NCBI GenBank assembly: GCA_030612025.1
Contig: JAUWOR010000010.1
Coordinates: 1-64,000 of the forward strand
From: Dehalococcoidia bacterium
GTDB taxonomy: Bacteria > Chloroflexota > Dehalococcoidia > GIF9 > AB-539-J10
Length of the DNA stretch: 64,000 nt
Reading direction: 5' to 3'
Of the stretch, positions 40,919 through 57,792 are shown one piece after another. The notes beneath the pieces are model-generated. The model worked only from the letters and a program-made list of their open reading frames with translations, was not told the origin of the DNA and did no database searches. How positions within the stretch are numbered: the stretch's first letter is position 1; each line of letters starts with the position of its first letter. The position numbers and the translations under genes were made by a program.

Positions 40919-42340
40919 TTATCTTTGCCAGAAGCGGGGCAAAAATATCATCAAAACTGTAAATAGCTCCAACCTCCCCAACCACATGCAGATAATTAAA
41001 AGGATCTTCCCCGCCCCAGGAAGCCAAGCATAATTTAAAGCTGGACCCACCCCACCCAAGCCAGGTCCTACATTCCCTAAAGTAGCTGCCACCGCTGAGA
41101 TTGATGTTTCTAAATCAAGCCCTAAGAAACCAAGCGTTATGGAAGCGACAACTGCCACAAGGAGGTAGAGAAAAAAGAAAGAGATTATATCTCGGATTAT
41201 CCCCTCTGAGAGAGGTTTTTGGTTATATTTCACTGGAATCACAGCTTTGGGAGAAATAGCCTTCCTCATCATCACCCCGCTATGTTTCAGCAAGGTTAAA
41301 GTCCGCACTACTTTTATCGCTCCCCCGGTAGAGCCACCACAGCCTCCAATGAACATCAAAGTTAGAAGCACCATTCTGGCACCAAAGTGCCAAGAGCCAA
41401 AATCGCAGGTGACAAAGCCGGTGGTAGTCATGATAGAGAGCGCCTGGAAAAGACTATACCGATATGAGCCAAGTCCTTGAGAGAGGATTAACAGTAGCGC
41501 AGCTACCATCAAAAGAATTAAGTAAAGCCTGAATTCCTCATTTTTAAATATTTTGAAGTTTCCTTTTAAAGCTTGATAATGAATTATGAAATTTGTGCCA
41601 GCTAGGAACATAAAGACCATGATGATATATTCAGCTAAGGGGTTAGCGTAAGCTCCAATGCTTCCAGTAGTGGGGGTAAATCCACCAGTAGGGAGAGTGC
41701 AGAGAGAGACACAAATTGAGTCAAAGAGGTGAAGCTTAGCCAGGAAATAGAGTAGCGCTATCTCAGCAGCGGTGAAAGCCACATAAATTCCCCAAAAAAT
41801 CCTTGCCGTGGTTTTAATTCTGGGACGAAGTCTTTCAGGCAAAGGACCGGGAAATTCTCGTTCAAAGAGCTGAGAGCCTCCTACTCCTAGTCTGGGTAAA
41901 ATGGCAATAAAAAGAGCTATTACCCCCATCCCACCCAACCATTGAGTAAGGCTACGCCATAAGAGCATACTTCTAGGTAGTTCTTCTAGCCTCTCCAGTA
42001 TGGTAGCACCGGTGGTAGTAAAGCCTGACATGGCTTCAAAAAAGGCATTGAGGAAATCCCATCCCAGAAAGATATAAGGGGCGGCGCCAAGGAGCGGCAT
42101 AAGAAGCCAGGTGAAAGCCACTATGGTAAAACCATCGGCACGCTCTATTTCCTTGTCGGTTTTAAGTCCAAATTCAAGAAATAGCCCGATAGCTAAAGTA
42201 AGCGATAGCGAATATAAAAAAATCCGCCAATCCTCGCCATAATAAACAGCGACTAATAAGGGAAAAACCTGGATTAAAGCGAGGTATTTTAGAAATGAAC
42301 CAAGGATATGGAGGGTTAACTTTATCCTTTGGTGAACCAT
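40919..42340 (-). CDS. trkH: Trk potassium uptake membrane subunit
   Basis: SGFTTTG, TGGF, TTTGF, GGCGGSTGG, GRLE. Confidence 0.93.
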   Translation of the reverse strand: MVHQRIKLTLHILGSFLKYLALIQVFPLLVAVYYGEDWRIFLYSLSLTLAIGLFLEFGLKTDKEIERADGFTIVAFTWLLMPLLGAAPYIFLGWDFLNAFFEAMSGFTTTGATILERLEELPRSMLLWRSLTQWLGGMGVIALFIAILPRLGVGGSQLFEREFPGPLPERLRPRIKTTARIFWGIYVAFTAAEIALLYFLAKLHLFDSICVSLCTLPTGGFTPTTGSIGAYANPLAEYIIMVFMFLAGTNFIIHYQALKGNFKIFKNEEFRLYLILLMVAALLLILSQGLGSYRYSLFQALSIMTTTGFVTCDFGSWHFGARMVLLTLMFIGGCGGSTGGAIKVVRTLTLLKHSGVMMRKAISPKAVIPVKYNQKPLSEGIIRDIISFFFLYLLVAVVASITLGFLGLDLETSISAVAATLGNVGPGLGGVGPALNYAWLPGAGKILLIICMWLGRLELFTVLMIFLPRFWQR

Positions 42341-42978
42341 CTATTCATAAAATCGATTCCCTTTTTGGTAGACTTCCAATCTACAATGAGAGTCAGCCAA
42401 TCTTTGGGCTCCATCTTAGTATCTTCATTCAAATATTTTCCCGCTCGCTCCAGCACAAGTATTTTCATACCATTTGGAGTTCCTATTTCGGAGGCTTTCT
42501 TGCCCACACACTTCATGCCTTCCTCAACCTCTATTTCGAAGATCTCTGCCCTTTCAAAAGAGAGGAATTCCTTCACATAGGGCTGCAAAATCGTGCGATA
42601 AATATGCTTGGCTACCACAGCATGGGGCTTAACCTGGAAGCCAATCCCAGCTTGCTTAAAAGTTTCTACATGCACTGCGTCATTCACTAGAGAAATCACT
42701 TTCCTTGCTCCCATTTCTTTGGCTAACATACAAATCATTAAATTATCTGAGTCATCATTAGTTAAGGCAACCAAAGCGTCTGCTCTCTTGACCCCCGCCT
42801 CCTCCAGAACTGACTTGTTAGTAGCATCCCCGGTTATCACCATCACGTCAGAGGATGTTGCCATTTCAGTGCACCTTGCCTCATCTGAGTCTACAATCAC
42901 CACCTCATTCCCTTCTTTAACAAGAAGCTCAGCAAGGCTTTTCCCTATGCCGCTTAAGCCGGCTATTATAAGATACAT
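42322..42978 (-). CDS. trkA: TrkA family K+ uptake regulatory subunit
   Basis: RBS GGAGG; IAGLSGIG, GDAT, ADALVALT. Confidence 0.9.
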   Translation of the reverse strand: MYLIIAGLSGIGKSLAELLVKEGNEVVIVDSDEARCTEMATSSDVMVITGDATNKSVLEEAGVKRADALVALTNDDSDNLMICMLAKEMGARKVISLVNDAVHVETFKQAGIGFQVKPHAVVAKHIYRTILQPYVKEFLSFERAEIFEIEVEEGMKCVGKKASEIGTPNGMKILVLERAGKYLNEDTKMEPKDWLTLIVDWKSTKKGIDFMNRWFTKG

Positions 42979-43128
42979 TTTGTTACCTCCGTCACAAAAT
43001 TTTGGCTCATCCCTTCGAAAGATGAGCTTTAGCTCGAGGACGGCGAGCAAATTTATCGCCAAGTTTGGAATGCCAATTCGTATCCAAAATTAAGCCATCC
43101 CATAATTAATTTCACTTGCTGGGCGATT

Positions 43129-43917
43129 TTAATTCCTCCCACAATTGTTGTCAACTATTGACTCTTTCCTTAGCTCCCGTAGCCAAGCCATCGATTTAAC
43201 TTCTCGCTGCAAAAGATATTTTATATACCCCGGCATCACTTGTTCTAACTCTGTCCTCAACTCTGATCTTACTTTCACCCGCCTTGCCGTGGCATAATCA
43301 AAACTTTGCCACAAACGAAGAATTTTCAAAGCACCAACCGATAGAGGACGTGAATCAGGCTCTTTCTGCCCACAATAGGAACACAGAATGCCACCTTGGC
43401 TAGAACTGAAAAAGTTAACCACCGGTTTGATAGGTGAATTACAACCAACGCATCGGTGCAACTGAGGACGATAGCCAAGATAATCAAGAAGATGAAGTTC
43501 AAAATAACGTAACACAGTTTCACTATTGTCTCCTTGACACAGTCGATGTAAGGTATCAAGTAGTAAATCAAACAAGGGATGATTCTCGTTATTCTCTACA
43601 GTAAAGGAATCAATGAGCTCTAAGACGTAAAGGCCGCAAGCCATGCGCCATAAATCACTTTTCAAAACTAGAAGCCCATCAATGGTTTGGCTTTGGGTAA
43701 CGATGTCTAGGTTACGTCCCCGGGCTAACATCAGCAAGCTGTGAGTCAAAGGTTCCACATTGCCACCCAACTTGCTTCCCGGGCGGCAACCCCCCTTAGC
43801 TACCGCCTTCAGCTTGCCAAATTCGGGGGTATAAATAGTAAGAATTTTATCAACTTCACCAAGCTTGGTTTGTTTGATAATGATAGCTTGAGTTTGATAA
43901 CTTCGAGGTGCTCCCAT
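43129..43917 (-). CDS. recO: DNA repair protein RecO
   Basis: GKLKAVAKG, FELHLL..GYRP, two CxxC. Confidence 0.92.
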   Translation of the reverse strand: MGAPRSYQTQAIIIKQTKLGEVDKILTIYTPEFGKLKAVAKGGCRPGSKLGGNVEPLTHSLLMLARGRNLDIVTQSQTIDGLLVLKSDLWRMACGLYVLELIDSFTVENNENHPLFDLLLDTLHRLCQGDNSETVLRYFELHLLDYLGYRPQLHRCVGCNSPIKPVVNFFSSSQGGILCSYCGQKEPDSRPLSVGALKILRLWQSFDYATARRVKVRSELRTELEQVMPGYIKYLLQREVKSMAWLRELRKESIVDNNCGRN

Positions 43918-43927
43918 CCATACCCTT

Positions 43928-44527
43928 TTAGAATTCCTGTCTGTCTTCCAGAGCTTGACTCAGGGTCATGTCATCAGCGTATTCTAGGTCAGCACCAAAT
44001 GGCAAGCCACGAGCTAAACGGGTAATGCGAATGCCTAAAGGCAGGATCATGCGCCGAAGATACATAGCAGTGGTTTCACCCTCTAGATTAGGATTGGTTG
44101 CCAAGATCACTTCAGTTACCGAACCATCCTGAAGACGGGATAAAAACTCTTTTGCCTTTAGCTCCCCAGGCCCTATTCCCTGCGCTGGGCTAATGGGCCC
44201 ATGGAGCACGTGGTAAACACCATTATACTTCCCAGTTCGCTCCAAAGGAGGAATATCTGAAGGTCTCTCAACAACACAAATTTTAGAATGGTCACGCTCT
44301 CTATCCTGGCAAATGCGGCAAGGGTCACAATCAGTGATATTAAAACAAACTGAACACAGCCTTGTCTTTTCCTTCAGAGCCAAAATAGCTTCAGCTAAAG
44401 CTTTGGCTTCTTCCCCTGGCCGGCCCAATAAATAATAAGTTAATCTCTGTGCACTCTTGGGCCCAATCCCAGGTAGTTTATTAAATGCCTCAACTAATTT
44501 AGCTACAGGCTCAGCAGTGGTTACCAT
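43928..44527 (-). CDS. recR: Recombination mediator RecR
   Basis: LPGIGPKSAQRL, C4 finger, ATNPNLEGE. Confidence 0.96.
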   Translation of the reverse strand: MVTTAEPVAKLVEAFNKLPGIGPKSAQRLTYYLLGRPGEEAKALAEAILALKEKTRLCSVCFNITDCDPCRICQDRERDHSKICVVERPSDIPPLERTGKYNGVYHVLHGPISPAQGIGPGELKAKEFLSRLQDGSVTEVILATNPNLEGETTAMYLRRMILPLGIRITRLARGLPFGADLEYADDMTLSQALEDRQEF

Positions 44528-44529
44528 TT

Positions 44530-46113
44530 TTATTTCTCTCTTATTTCAGCTCCCATTTCCAGCGCAGCCTTAATCAAAGGATTTTGCTCCTTCTCTTGAG
44601 GTGGGATTTTCCTTTTGTAGTCAACTAAGATACACTTCAGCTTGTAAGGCTGACCAAAAACCTCTTTAAGCTTTCTCTCCACCAGATGTTGATATTTGGG
44701 GTCTTCGATCTTCTCTTTATGGAAAGAATAGTAAAACCCTAATACTAAAGTATCATCCTCCAGAGCTACTGGCTCACAGGCACTACGCAAAAAGGCATCC
44801 AAATTGCCGCTGGAGCCCTCCCCCCGCAAAGACTGAATGAATTCCTTCCACCGACTACGCAAGTAGTAAATATCTTGAGAAACCTCTGTGCTTGCCCCGT
44901 GAGATAGTGAATATCTCACGGGGCATGAAGTCTCAATATTGTTTGCCGCTACAGGAATTTCAGCTTCTTGAGTGGGCTGGATTGACTCCCGAGACGTCTC
45001 TGGAAGTTCCGTCATTGTTGACTCATCTCGTCCAGTCACCAGAGATAAGGCACAGTCCATTAAAGCTAACTCTAAAGGCAAAGTGGAATAATTATCACTG
45101 CGAAAATCTACACTGGAGAAAAGTTTGACCGCCTTGAGTAGATATTCAAAAGTGGCCTTAGCCGCAAGCCCATTCATCTCAGCTAAATCTTCCGCAGTAA
45201 CATCCAAAGCCTCATTACATTGGGACTTAGCCAGCAACAACCCTCGGAGATATTCCACTAGCCCCAGATTAAACTGGCGAAGGTCAACGCCATCGCTATT
45301 GACGCTATTTATAACTTGAAGACCAGCAGAAACATCCTTATTGACAATATGCTTTGCCAGTTGCCTAACCCGAGGGTCACTGCTGACACCAAGCGCTGTC
45401 TGAACTTGTTCCAAATCAATTTGATTGCCATGGTAAGCAATGAGCTGCTGCAATATATTTTCCGCGTCTCGGAGACTTCCTGTAGCTGCCCGAGCAATAA
45501 GCTTTAGAGATTCCAATCTAACATGAATATTCTCTTTTTGACATATTAACTCCAGCTTACCGATTATCGCTGTTTGGGACAGGCGACGAAAGTTAAATCG
45601 CTGACACCTCGACATAATAGTAGGTATCACCTTGTGAGGTTCTGTAGTAGCCAGGACGAAAATGACGTAAGGAGGTGGTTCCTCTAAAGTCTTAAGCAAG
45701 GCATTGGAAGCCGCCTCAGTAAGCATATGGACTTCATCTATAATATATACCTTATAGCGAGCACGGCTGGGGGCATAGTTAACCTTTTCCCTGAGGCTGC
45801 GAACTTCATCGATACCACGATTACTGGCAGCATCTATCTCTATTACGTCTAAAGATTTGCCTTCAGTGATTGAGCGACATATATCACAAGTATTACATGG
45901 TTCACCATCTACCTGATTAAGGCAGTTAACCGCTTTAGCTAGGATACGCCCGCTGCTAGTCTTCCCCGTGCCTCGAGGACCACAAAAAAGATAAGCATGA
46001 GCTACTTTCCCATTCTCCACAGCATGGCGTAAAGTCTGAGTCACCGGCTCCTGCCCCACCACCTCAGCTAAGGTTTGCGGACGCCACTTACGATAAAAAA
46101 CCTCCGAGCCCAT
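44530..46113 (-). CDS. dnaX: DNA polymerase III gamma/tau
   Basis: YRKWRPQ, GPRGTGKT, DAASN, IDEVHML. Confidence 0.96.
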   Translation of the reverse strand: MGSEVFYRKWRPQTLAEVVGQEPVTQTLRHAVENGKVAHAYLFCGPRGTGKTSSGRILAKAVNCLNQVDGEPCNTCDICRSITEGKSLDVIEIDAASNRGIDEVRSLREKVNYAPSRARYKVYIIDEVHMLTEAASNALLKTLEEPPPYVIFVLATTEPHKVIPTIMSRCQRFNFRRLSQTAIIGKLELICQKENIHVRLESLKLIARAATGSLRDAENILQQLIAYHGNQIDLEQVQTALGVSSDPRVRQLAKHIVNKDVSAGLQVINSVNSDGVDLRQFNLGLVEYLRGLLLAKSQCNEALDVTAEDLAEMNGLAAKATFEYLLKAVKLFSSVDFRSDNYSTLPLELALMDCALSLVTGRDESTMTELPETSRESIQPTQEAEIPVAANNIETSCPVRYSLSHGASTEVSQDIYYLRSRWKEFIQSLRGEGSSGNLDAFLRSACEPVALEDDTLVLGFYYSFHKEKIEDPKYQHLVERKLKEVFGQPYKLKCILVDYKRKIPPQEKEQNPLIKAALEMGAEIREK

Positions 46114-46167
46114 ATGCTAACCTTATTATACTCCTCACGGCCTAATGAAGGAAGATTTTTACCAAAA

Positions 46168-46992
46168 TTACAGACTTGAGCCACTTTCTATGATGGAAAT
46201 TGTTTTATTGTAATCCTCTTCCATGTTCTCAATAGCCTGCTGTAAAACTGGTTTTAGCTCTTCAGGGGCTTTGTCTAAGGCATTCCTTAATGCAGCTAAA
46301 CTCTTTGCCCGACTTTGGCTTAGCACTATCTCCAATTCCTTAGCATCCCTTCCTTTACTATAAGCTTCTGCTCCTTCGGATGGAGCTGGAGCCAGCATTT
46401 TAGGCCCTTTTTCCTCAACCTCCGGCGGTTGCTCCATCACATACACCTTGTCCAAATGATTGGCAACTTGCTCGGTTAGCATAAAAATCTCATCAGATTT
46501 GCCCTGGCGAGCCATCTCAACCATCTCGCCTGCTCTACGCTCAGCAAATTGGATATGAAGCTTTGCCTTGTCTATATCAGAAAAAGCTAATGTCATCCTC
46601 ACCTGCTCCCCAGCTAACTTGACAGGATAAAGAGACCTATCGGGCAAAGCATATGCTGAAGCAGCAAGTGTTCCCACTCCAATAAGCAGAAAACCTAGAA
46701 TAGCAGTCATAGCCAAAGCCCACCTCCTCTGCCAAATAGGAATCCTTGCTCTCCTTTCCGCTTTCTTCTGTTTGGCATAAAGCATTGCTTGAAGCTGAGA
46801 ATGAACTCTTGCCTTAAACTCAGGGTCGGGTTGAATAGCAGAGGACCTTTGCATAAAAACAAGGCTAGTTTTAAGCAAAGGCTCTAGTTCAGATGTCTGC
46901 TCGGGATAAGCCTTGAGGCAATCCTCAATGCTTTCACCCTTAAATATGCGCTCCAAACAATTGTCGAGAATATCTTCCATCTTTCGAGTCAT
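46168..46992 (-). CDS. DUF5667-like membrane protein, putative anti-sigma factor
   Basis: TM segment; [15 protein letters not shown]; immediately downstream of ECF sigma. Confidence 0.7.
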   Translation of the reverse strand: MTRKMEDILDNCLERIFKGESIEDCLKAYPEQTSELEPLLKTSLVFMQRSSAIQPDPEFKARVHSQLQAMLYAKQKKAERRARIPIWQRRWALAMTAILGFLLIGVGTLAASAYALPDRSLYPVKLAGEQVRMTLAFSDIDKAKLHIQFAERRAGEMVEMARQGKSDEIFMLTEQVANHLDKVYVMEQPPEVEEKGPKMLAPAPSEGAEAYSKGRDAKELEIVLSQSRAKSLAALRNALDKAPEELKPVLQQAIENMEEDYNKTISIIESGSSL

Positions 46993-46994
46993 TT

Positions 46995-47534
46995 TTATTT
47001 ATCCACCAAGAGCATTTTCCTTAACGCCGCTATGCCATTATATTGCAAAGCTTTCACTGTACCTTCGTTTTTCCCCAAAACTTTAGCTGCCTCTGCGACT
47101 GAAAGCTCACTTCCAAAACGGAGTGAGATTACCTCCCGCTGAGCCGGAGATAATTTCTTTACATTGTTAATCAATTCCTCAATTTCAAGCTCCCGTTCAG
47201 CCATAAGCGCTGGATTTGACCCACTAACTAAGGTTATATCGTCCTCCAAAGCTACCTTTTCCACTCTACCTTGCTTTCTTAAATAATCTATTACCTGATT
47301 ATGGGCAATGCGAAATAGCCAAGCCACGAAAGGTAAATTCCGCCACTTGTAAGAGCCAATCGCCTCCAAAGCTTTAACAAATACCTCCTGAGTTAAATCC
47401 TCAGCTTCGGCTTGATTCCCCACTCTGAGGTAAACATAACGATAAATCCTATCGAAATGTTCCTCGTAAAGTTGAGCAAAGGCTTCACTCTCTCCCTTTA
47501 CTGCTCGGGAAACTACATCTTTCTCAATAAACAT
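46995..47534 (-). CDS. ECF sigma factor
   Basis: [29 protein letters not shown]. Confidence 0.92.
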   Translation of the reverse strand: MFIEKDVVSRAVKGESEAFAQLYEEHFDRIYRYVYLRVGNQAEAEDLTQEVFVKALEAIGSYKWRNLPFVAWLFRIAHNQVIDYLRKQGRVEKVALEDDITLVSGSNPALMAERELEIEELINNVKKLSPAQREVISLRFGSELSVAEAAKVLGKNEGTVKALQYNGIAALRKMLLVDK

Positions 47535-47710
47535 CAGTCTGATGTCTATTATATAGGAAAACGAAAAGAGGGGGAAAAAGTTTATAGTCAGTGCAAAAGC
47601 AGCCAAGCGTTGAATTCACAGCAAGGAAAAATACGGGGAATTTATACTAAACCTTACAAGTTTTGTCATAGAAACTGGCTTCTCTTTATCTCAGCAATAT
47701 CACATTTCTA

Positions 47711-47835
47711 TGTCATTGCGAGGGACGAAGTCCCGAATCAATCTTGTAGGGTTGGGGCTTGTCCCCAACCGCTAAGGCGGGGATAAATCCCGCCACTACA
47801 AAGTGGGATTGCCCCGCCTTCGGCTCGCAATGACA
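47711..47835. repeat. Nested palindrome: GTCATTGCGAG..CTCGCAATGAC enclosing an R3 REP doublet
   Basis: GTAGGGTTGGGG..CCGCCACTAC inside outer inverted arms. Confidence 0.75.
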
Positions 47836-47915
47836 AGGAACGAAGAATTGGAGAAACAAGCCTTTACATTAACGACGCTAAGAAGCTGGCTGGAGTTCAA
47901 AAAGGGCAACGAAGC

Positions 47916-48350
47916 CTAAGAAGCTTTGCTAGCTTGCCTCTCAGCCCAGTTACCCACCCAGGGCAGTTTCCACATCTTGCCTGTCCCCGCTTGAATCATC
48001 AAGACAATCCATAAAACAAGGCCCAGAATTCCAATAATCCAGCCAAAAACCAAACCAATGATGGGAATCCAGCCCAAGACCAAGCTTGCTACGGTCAATA
48101 CGCCAAAGGTCATGATGGATTGCCAGGCGTGGAATTTGACGAACTTGTTCCTTTTTTCAATCACCAGGAAAACTATTCCTGAAATCCAACCGAGAACATA
48201 ACACAGAAGCCCTGCTACATTGGCTGACAGCCCGACGCTGGTCTCAGAGGATTTGCCGGATGATTGAACAGAAACACCAAGTTCTGCACCGCACTTGGAG
48301 CAAAACTTAGTCCCTTCGGGATTTTCAGTGCCGCATTTGGGACAAAACAT
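47916..48350 (-). CDS. Zinc-ribbon + DUF4870-like membrane protein
   Basis: CPKCG..FCSKCG; LLCY..FVKFHAWQS. Confidence 0.8.
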   Translation of the reverse strand: MFCPKCGTENPEGTKFCSKCGAELGVSVQSSGKSSETSVGLSANVAGLLCYVLGWISGIVFLVIEKRNKFVKFHAWQSIMTFGVLTVASLVLGWIPIIGLVFGWIIGILGLVLWIVLMIQAGTGKMWKLPWVGNWAERQASKAS

Positions 48351-48399
48351 ATCTCACCTCCTATATCCAAGTATAGCACATATCACAGTTTTGCATACC

Positions 48400-49573
<1,174 letters not shown>

Positions 49574-49577
49574 TTAT

Positions 49578-52365
<2,788 letters not shown>

Positions 52366-52413
52366 TTTTCAACTCACAAATTATACCATACTATCAACTA
52401 GAGCCTTGATTCG

Positions 52414-52992
52414 CTAATTGAACCTGCTCATCGCCACTTCCATCCCTTGATTAAGGAAACAATCAATAGCTTCAGCTACACTAGCAATTACTGGCTTGAT
52501 TAGTTCTTCCTCTTGAGGAGTAAAGTCGCTGAGCACATAACTGACTATAACATCTTCACCAGTATTAGATAATCCCTCCACTTGAGGATGCCCAATGCCT
52601 ACCCTGAGCCGAGGAAATTCCTCGCTTTTCAGGACAGAAATGATAGATTTCATCCCCTTATGCCCACCCGAACCACCACCGGGACGCAGGCGAATCTTGC
52701 CCAGAGGCAAATCGAGGTCATCATGAATTACTAAAAGGTCACCTAGAGGAACATTATGCTTATTCACCAAGCAGCCTACTGCCTTGCCGCTAAGGTTGAC
52801 AAATGTTCTTGGCTTGGCAAGCAGCAGTTTCTCGCCTCCTAATTCGCCGGTGCCTATCCTAGCCTGGCACTGCCTGCGGTCAAAACGAATAGAATGAAGC
52901 TTGGCAAAATAATTTAGGCAGTGAAAGCCGACATTATGGCGATTATGAGCATAAGCCTTGCCAGGATTGCCCAAGCCAACAACGAGTTTCAT
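52414..52992 (-). CDS. pth: Peptidyl-tRNA hydrolase
   Basis: VGLGNPG, RHNVG, HDDLD, GGHKG. Confidence 0.96.
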   Translation of the reverse strand: MKLVVGLGNPGKAYAHNRHNVGFHCLNYFAKLHSIRFDRRQCQARIGTGELGGEKLLLAKPRTFVNLSGKAVGCLVNKHNVPLGDLLVIHDDLDLPLGKIRLRPGGGSGGHKGMKSIISVLKSEEFPRLRVGIGHPQVEGLSNTGEDVIVSYVLSDFTPQEEELIKPVIASVAEAIDCFLNQGMEVAMSRFN

Positions 52993-53057
52993 TGAATTTA
53001 GATTGCCTATAGGGCACTGCTTAGTTTGCCCATCAAGCTTAGTCAGTCACTTGCTTC

Positions 53058-53276
53058 TTAAAAGGAAAGAACTTCTACTTGGCAAGCTCGTTTTTTAGCC
53101 TCGTTTACGATTTCTTCAAGAACTTGGGCTGTTTGGGCATCAATCCATTCCTCTCCGCATTGGGAGCAAATCTGAGCGGGTACATCACGCACCACTACAA
53201 CTCCACCCCTTAAATCTACACTATAGATGGTTTTGCCTAGCTTTTTTTCTCCCCCACACAGTGGACAATTAGCCAT
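53058..53276 (-). CDS. YgiT-type zinc finger protein (putative antitoxin)
   Basis: CPLCG..VPAQICSQCGE; RBS GAGGAGG. Confidence 0.8.
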   Translation of the reverse strand: MANCPLCGGEKKLGKTIYSVDLRGGVVVVRDVPAQICSQCGEEWIDAQTAQVLEEIVNEAKKRACQVEVLSF

Positions 53277-53277
53277 A

Positions 53278-53592
53278 TTATCGCCTCCTCGTCTTAAAAT
53301 CAGGCTCAAATTTATCCAAACTTGGCTCGTAAGCAGTAATAATATACGCTATCTCTAAGGTTTCATCAAAACTTACAACCACGTGATAAGGTTTATCCTC
53401 CACGTATCCCAAGATAAGGCAGCTAGGAAAGGGGGCATTATGAGGGTAATCTTCGATGATTTCTCCCTTCATGATTACCCCGATGATTGTATCTTGAGAG
53501 ATGTCCCTTTCAGCAAGTCGAGCAAGTATGTGTTTCCTCCACTCAAACCTGCCAGACTTTACTGCCTCCCTCAATTTCGGTAAGTCCATCAT
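53278..53592 (-). CDS. DUF4258 family protein (putative toxin)
   Basis: H..RLAER.I, IIEDYP..PSCLILG..HVV..ITAYEP. Confidence 0.85.
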   Translation of the reverse strand: MMDLPKLREAVKSGRFEWRKHILARLAERDISQDTIIGVIMKGEIIEDYPHNAPFPSCLILGYVEDKPYHVVVSFDETLEIAYIITAYEPSLDKFEPDFKTRRR

Positions 53593-53602
53593 GTGCTTTT
53601 GC

Positions 53603-53680
53603 TAATTTAGGCAGTGAAAGCCAACATTATGGCGATTACGCGCATAAATCCCGCCGAGATTACCCAACAATAAGTTTCAT
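53603..53680 (-). pseudogene. Decayed duplicate of the pth 5' end
   Basis: MKLIVG/GNLGGIYARNRHNVGFHCLN* with a 5-nt deletion relative to the pth start. Confidence 0.85.
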
Positions 53681-53751
53681 TAGTATATACCTTATTTCAT
53701 GATATATTATAGACTAAAAGAAGATATGTTTTATTCTTATTGGGAAGATGG

Positions 53752-54255
53752 ATGAAAGAATATAACTACTGCCCAATTTGTGGAACTCCTCTTCAAGCAG
53801 GAATGCTTGAAGGAAGGGAGAGAAAATATTGCCCTAAATGTGATTTTATTGATTACAAAAATCCTTTGCCAGTGGCATTAGCGGTTGCAGTAAAAGATAA
53901 GAAGTTTCTATTGATTAGAAGAGGGTTACCACCAAGAAAAGGAATGTGGGGGTCTCCTTCAGGTTTTATCGAAAGTGGAGAAACGCCAGAAGAAGCTTGT
54001 CTGAGAGAGCTAAAAGAAGAGACTGGAATATCCGGGAAGATAGTAAAATTAATCGGAGCAGTCAGACGGGAAGACAAGGAGGTTTATGGAGATATGCTGG
54101 TAGTGAAATATCTAGTTAAGGCAAATGGTGGAAAATTAACCCCTGGAGAAGAAGTAGAGGATGCGAGATTCTTTGATATAGCTGAATTGCCTGTTTATTA
54201 TGTCAACCTATTTAAAGATGTCATCGAAGAGATTCAAAATGAGGAAGTATTTTGA
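53752..54255 (+). CDS. NUDIX hydrolase with N-terminal zinc ribbon
   Basis: CPICG..CPKC; [22 protein letters not shown]. Confidence 0.92.
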   Translation: MKEYNYCPICGTPLQAGMLEGRERKYCPKCDFIDYKNPLPVALAVAVKDKKFLLIRRGLPPRKGMWGSPSGFIESGETPEEACLRELKEETGISGKIVKLIGAVRREDKEVYGDMLVVKYLVKANGGKLTPGEEVEDARFFDIAELPVYYVNLFKDVIEEIQNEEVF

Positions 54256-54418
54256 TTTAGCAATTTTATAAACTCAGCCTCGCTGAGTGTCTTTATCCCC
54301 AATTTTTGCGCCTTAGCTAATTTGGAGCCAGGGTCGGCGCCGACTGCCAAATAAGATGTCTTGCTGCTAACATCTGAGCCTGCCCTGCGCAATTTCTCAA
54401 TAATGCGTTTGTTTCCTT
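54250..54418 (-). pseudogene. Decayed, internally deleted duplicate of the ligA 3' end
   Basis: [10 protein letters not shown] fused to [45 protein letters not shown], versus the LigA C-terminus. Confidence 0.85.
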
Positions 54419-54522
54419 ATGCTTGTAAGCGAAGTGGGGAAATTATTGCTATGTCAATGGGTTACCTTTTTGGTGGGCCTCTTCTAATCATCGGCGGGAT
54501 ATCAGCACTCTTAGCTAAATAA

Positions 54523-55107
54523 TCACTCTAGTGCGAGGAAATGTTCCTTTGCGCCACGGAAACCAGTTGACCACCTTAGCACCAGATAGGAGTCATCCGT
54601 ATCTACTGTGCGAACAATGGTTCCCGTTACACTATCACCGCCATACAACTCACCACTGCGCAGGGCCTCCCCTTCGTATAGGTCGTACACGATATCGGTC
54701 TGCCAATCGTCATAGACCTTCCCCCTGTCACCTACCACAGCAAAGTTAATGGTGTTGTACCCTTGGCTTTTTTCAGGTGCTCCAACGTTCCTGATTTGGA
54801 GGCTTACAATTGCAAAGCTGCCCCCGGCTTCAGCTTGTGCCGACAGATAACCCTCGCTACGTTCGAAGTCCAGAACCTTTACTTCCAAGTCGTCATAGCG
54901 GTAAGACTGGCCTAATGGCACAGGATTACTACGGCTCATGCCTATTTTAGCCTCTTCTTGCGGAGTTTCTGTTTGTGGAGTTTCTGCAGGTGTTCCTGGC
55001 CCAGAAAGACAAGCACTGAGGATAAAAAGCACAAGACTACACTCAGCAACAATTCCCCAAATCCGCAGCCGCCTTTTTCTTGCAAATTTGACTATGAGCA
55101 TTATCAC
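54523..55107 (-). CDS. DUF4352-like membrane/lipoprotein
   Basis: LSAC; SRSNPVPLGQ..F.IVSL.IRN..GELYGG..VTG. Confidence 0.6.
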   Translation of the reverse strand: MIMLIVKFARKRRLRIWGIVAECSLVLFILSACLSGPGTPAETPQTETPQEEAKIGMSRSNPVPLGQSYRYDDLEVKVLDFERSEGYLSAQAEAGGSFAIVSLQIRNVGAPEKSQGYNTINFAVVGDRGKVYDDWQTDIVYDLYEGEALRSGELYGGDSVTGTIVRTVDTDDSYLVLRWSTGFRGAKEHFLALE

Positions 55108-55293
55108 GCCAACAGCGAAGACTATAAATCTAATGATTCCTCAAGCTACCATGCTTTTCTTCAGGGAGATTTTAGCATAAAGTGGCAAAATCCTAGCAGT
55201 GCTGCAAGAATAAAGCTATATATAGAGAGACTACTATCTTACACCCCACTATGGTCAAATATGCTTTATTAAAAATCAAATCTCTTGATTCCA

Positions 55294-57711
<2,418 letters not shown>

Positions 57712-57792
57712 CTAAAATAGGCAGACAGAAATGCCGTTTACCGAACGCAGACTTGAAAAGCAAGCTATAGGCATTGCCAAGGAAAGTTTTAG

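Noticed and set aside
55108-55152. In-frame TGA upstream of the DUF4352-like ORF (ATG GTA GCT TGA GGA) as selenocysteine or recoding
   Set aside because: Hydrophobic N-terminal context and no evident SECIS; more likely a Trp-to-stop mutation or non-coding sequence
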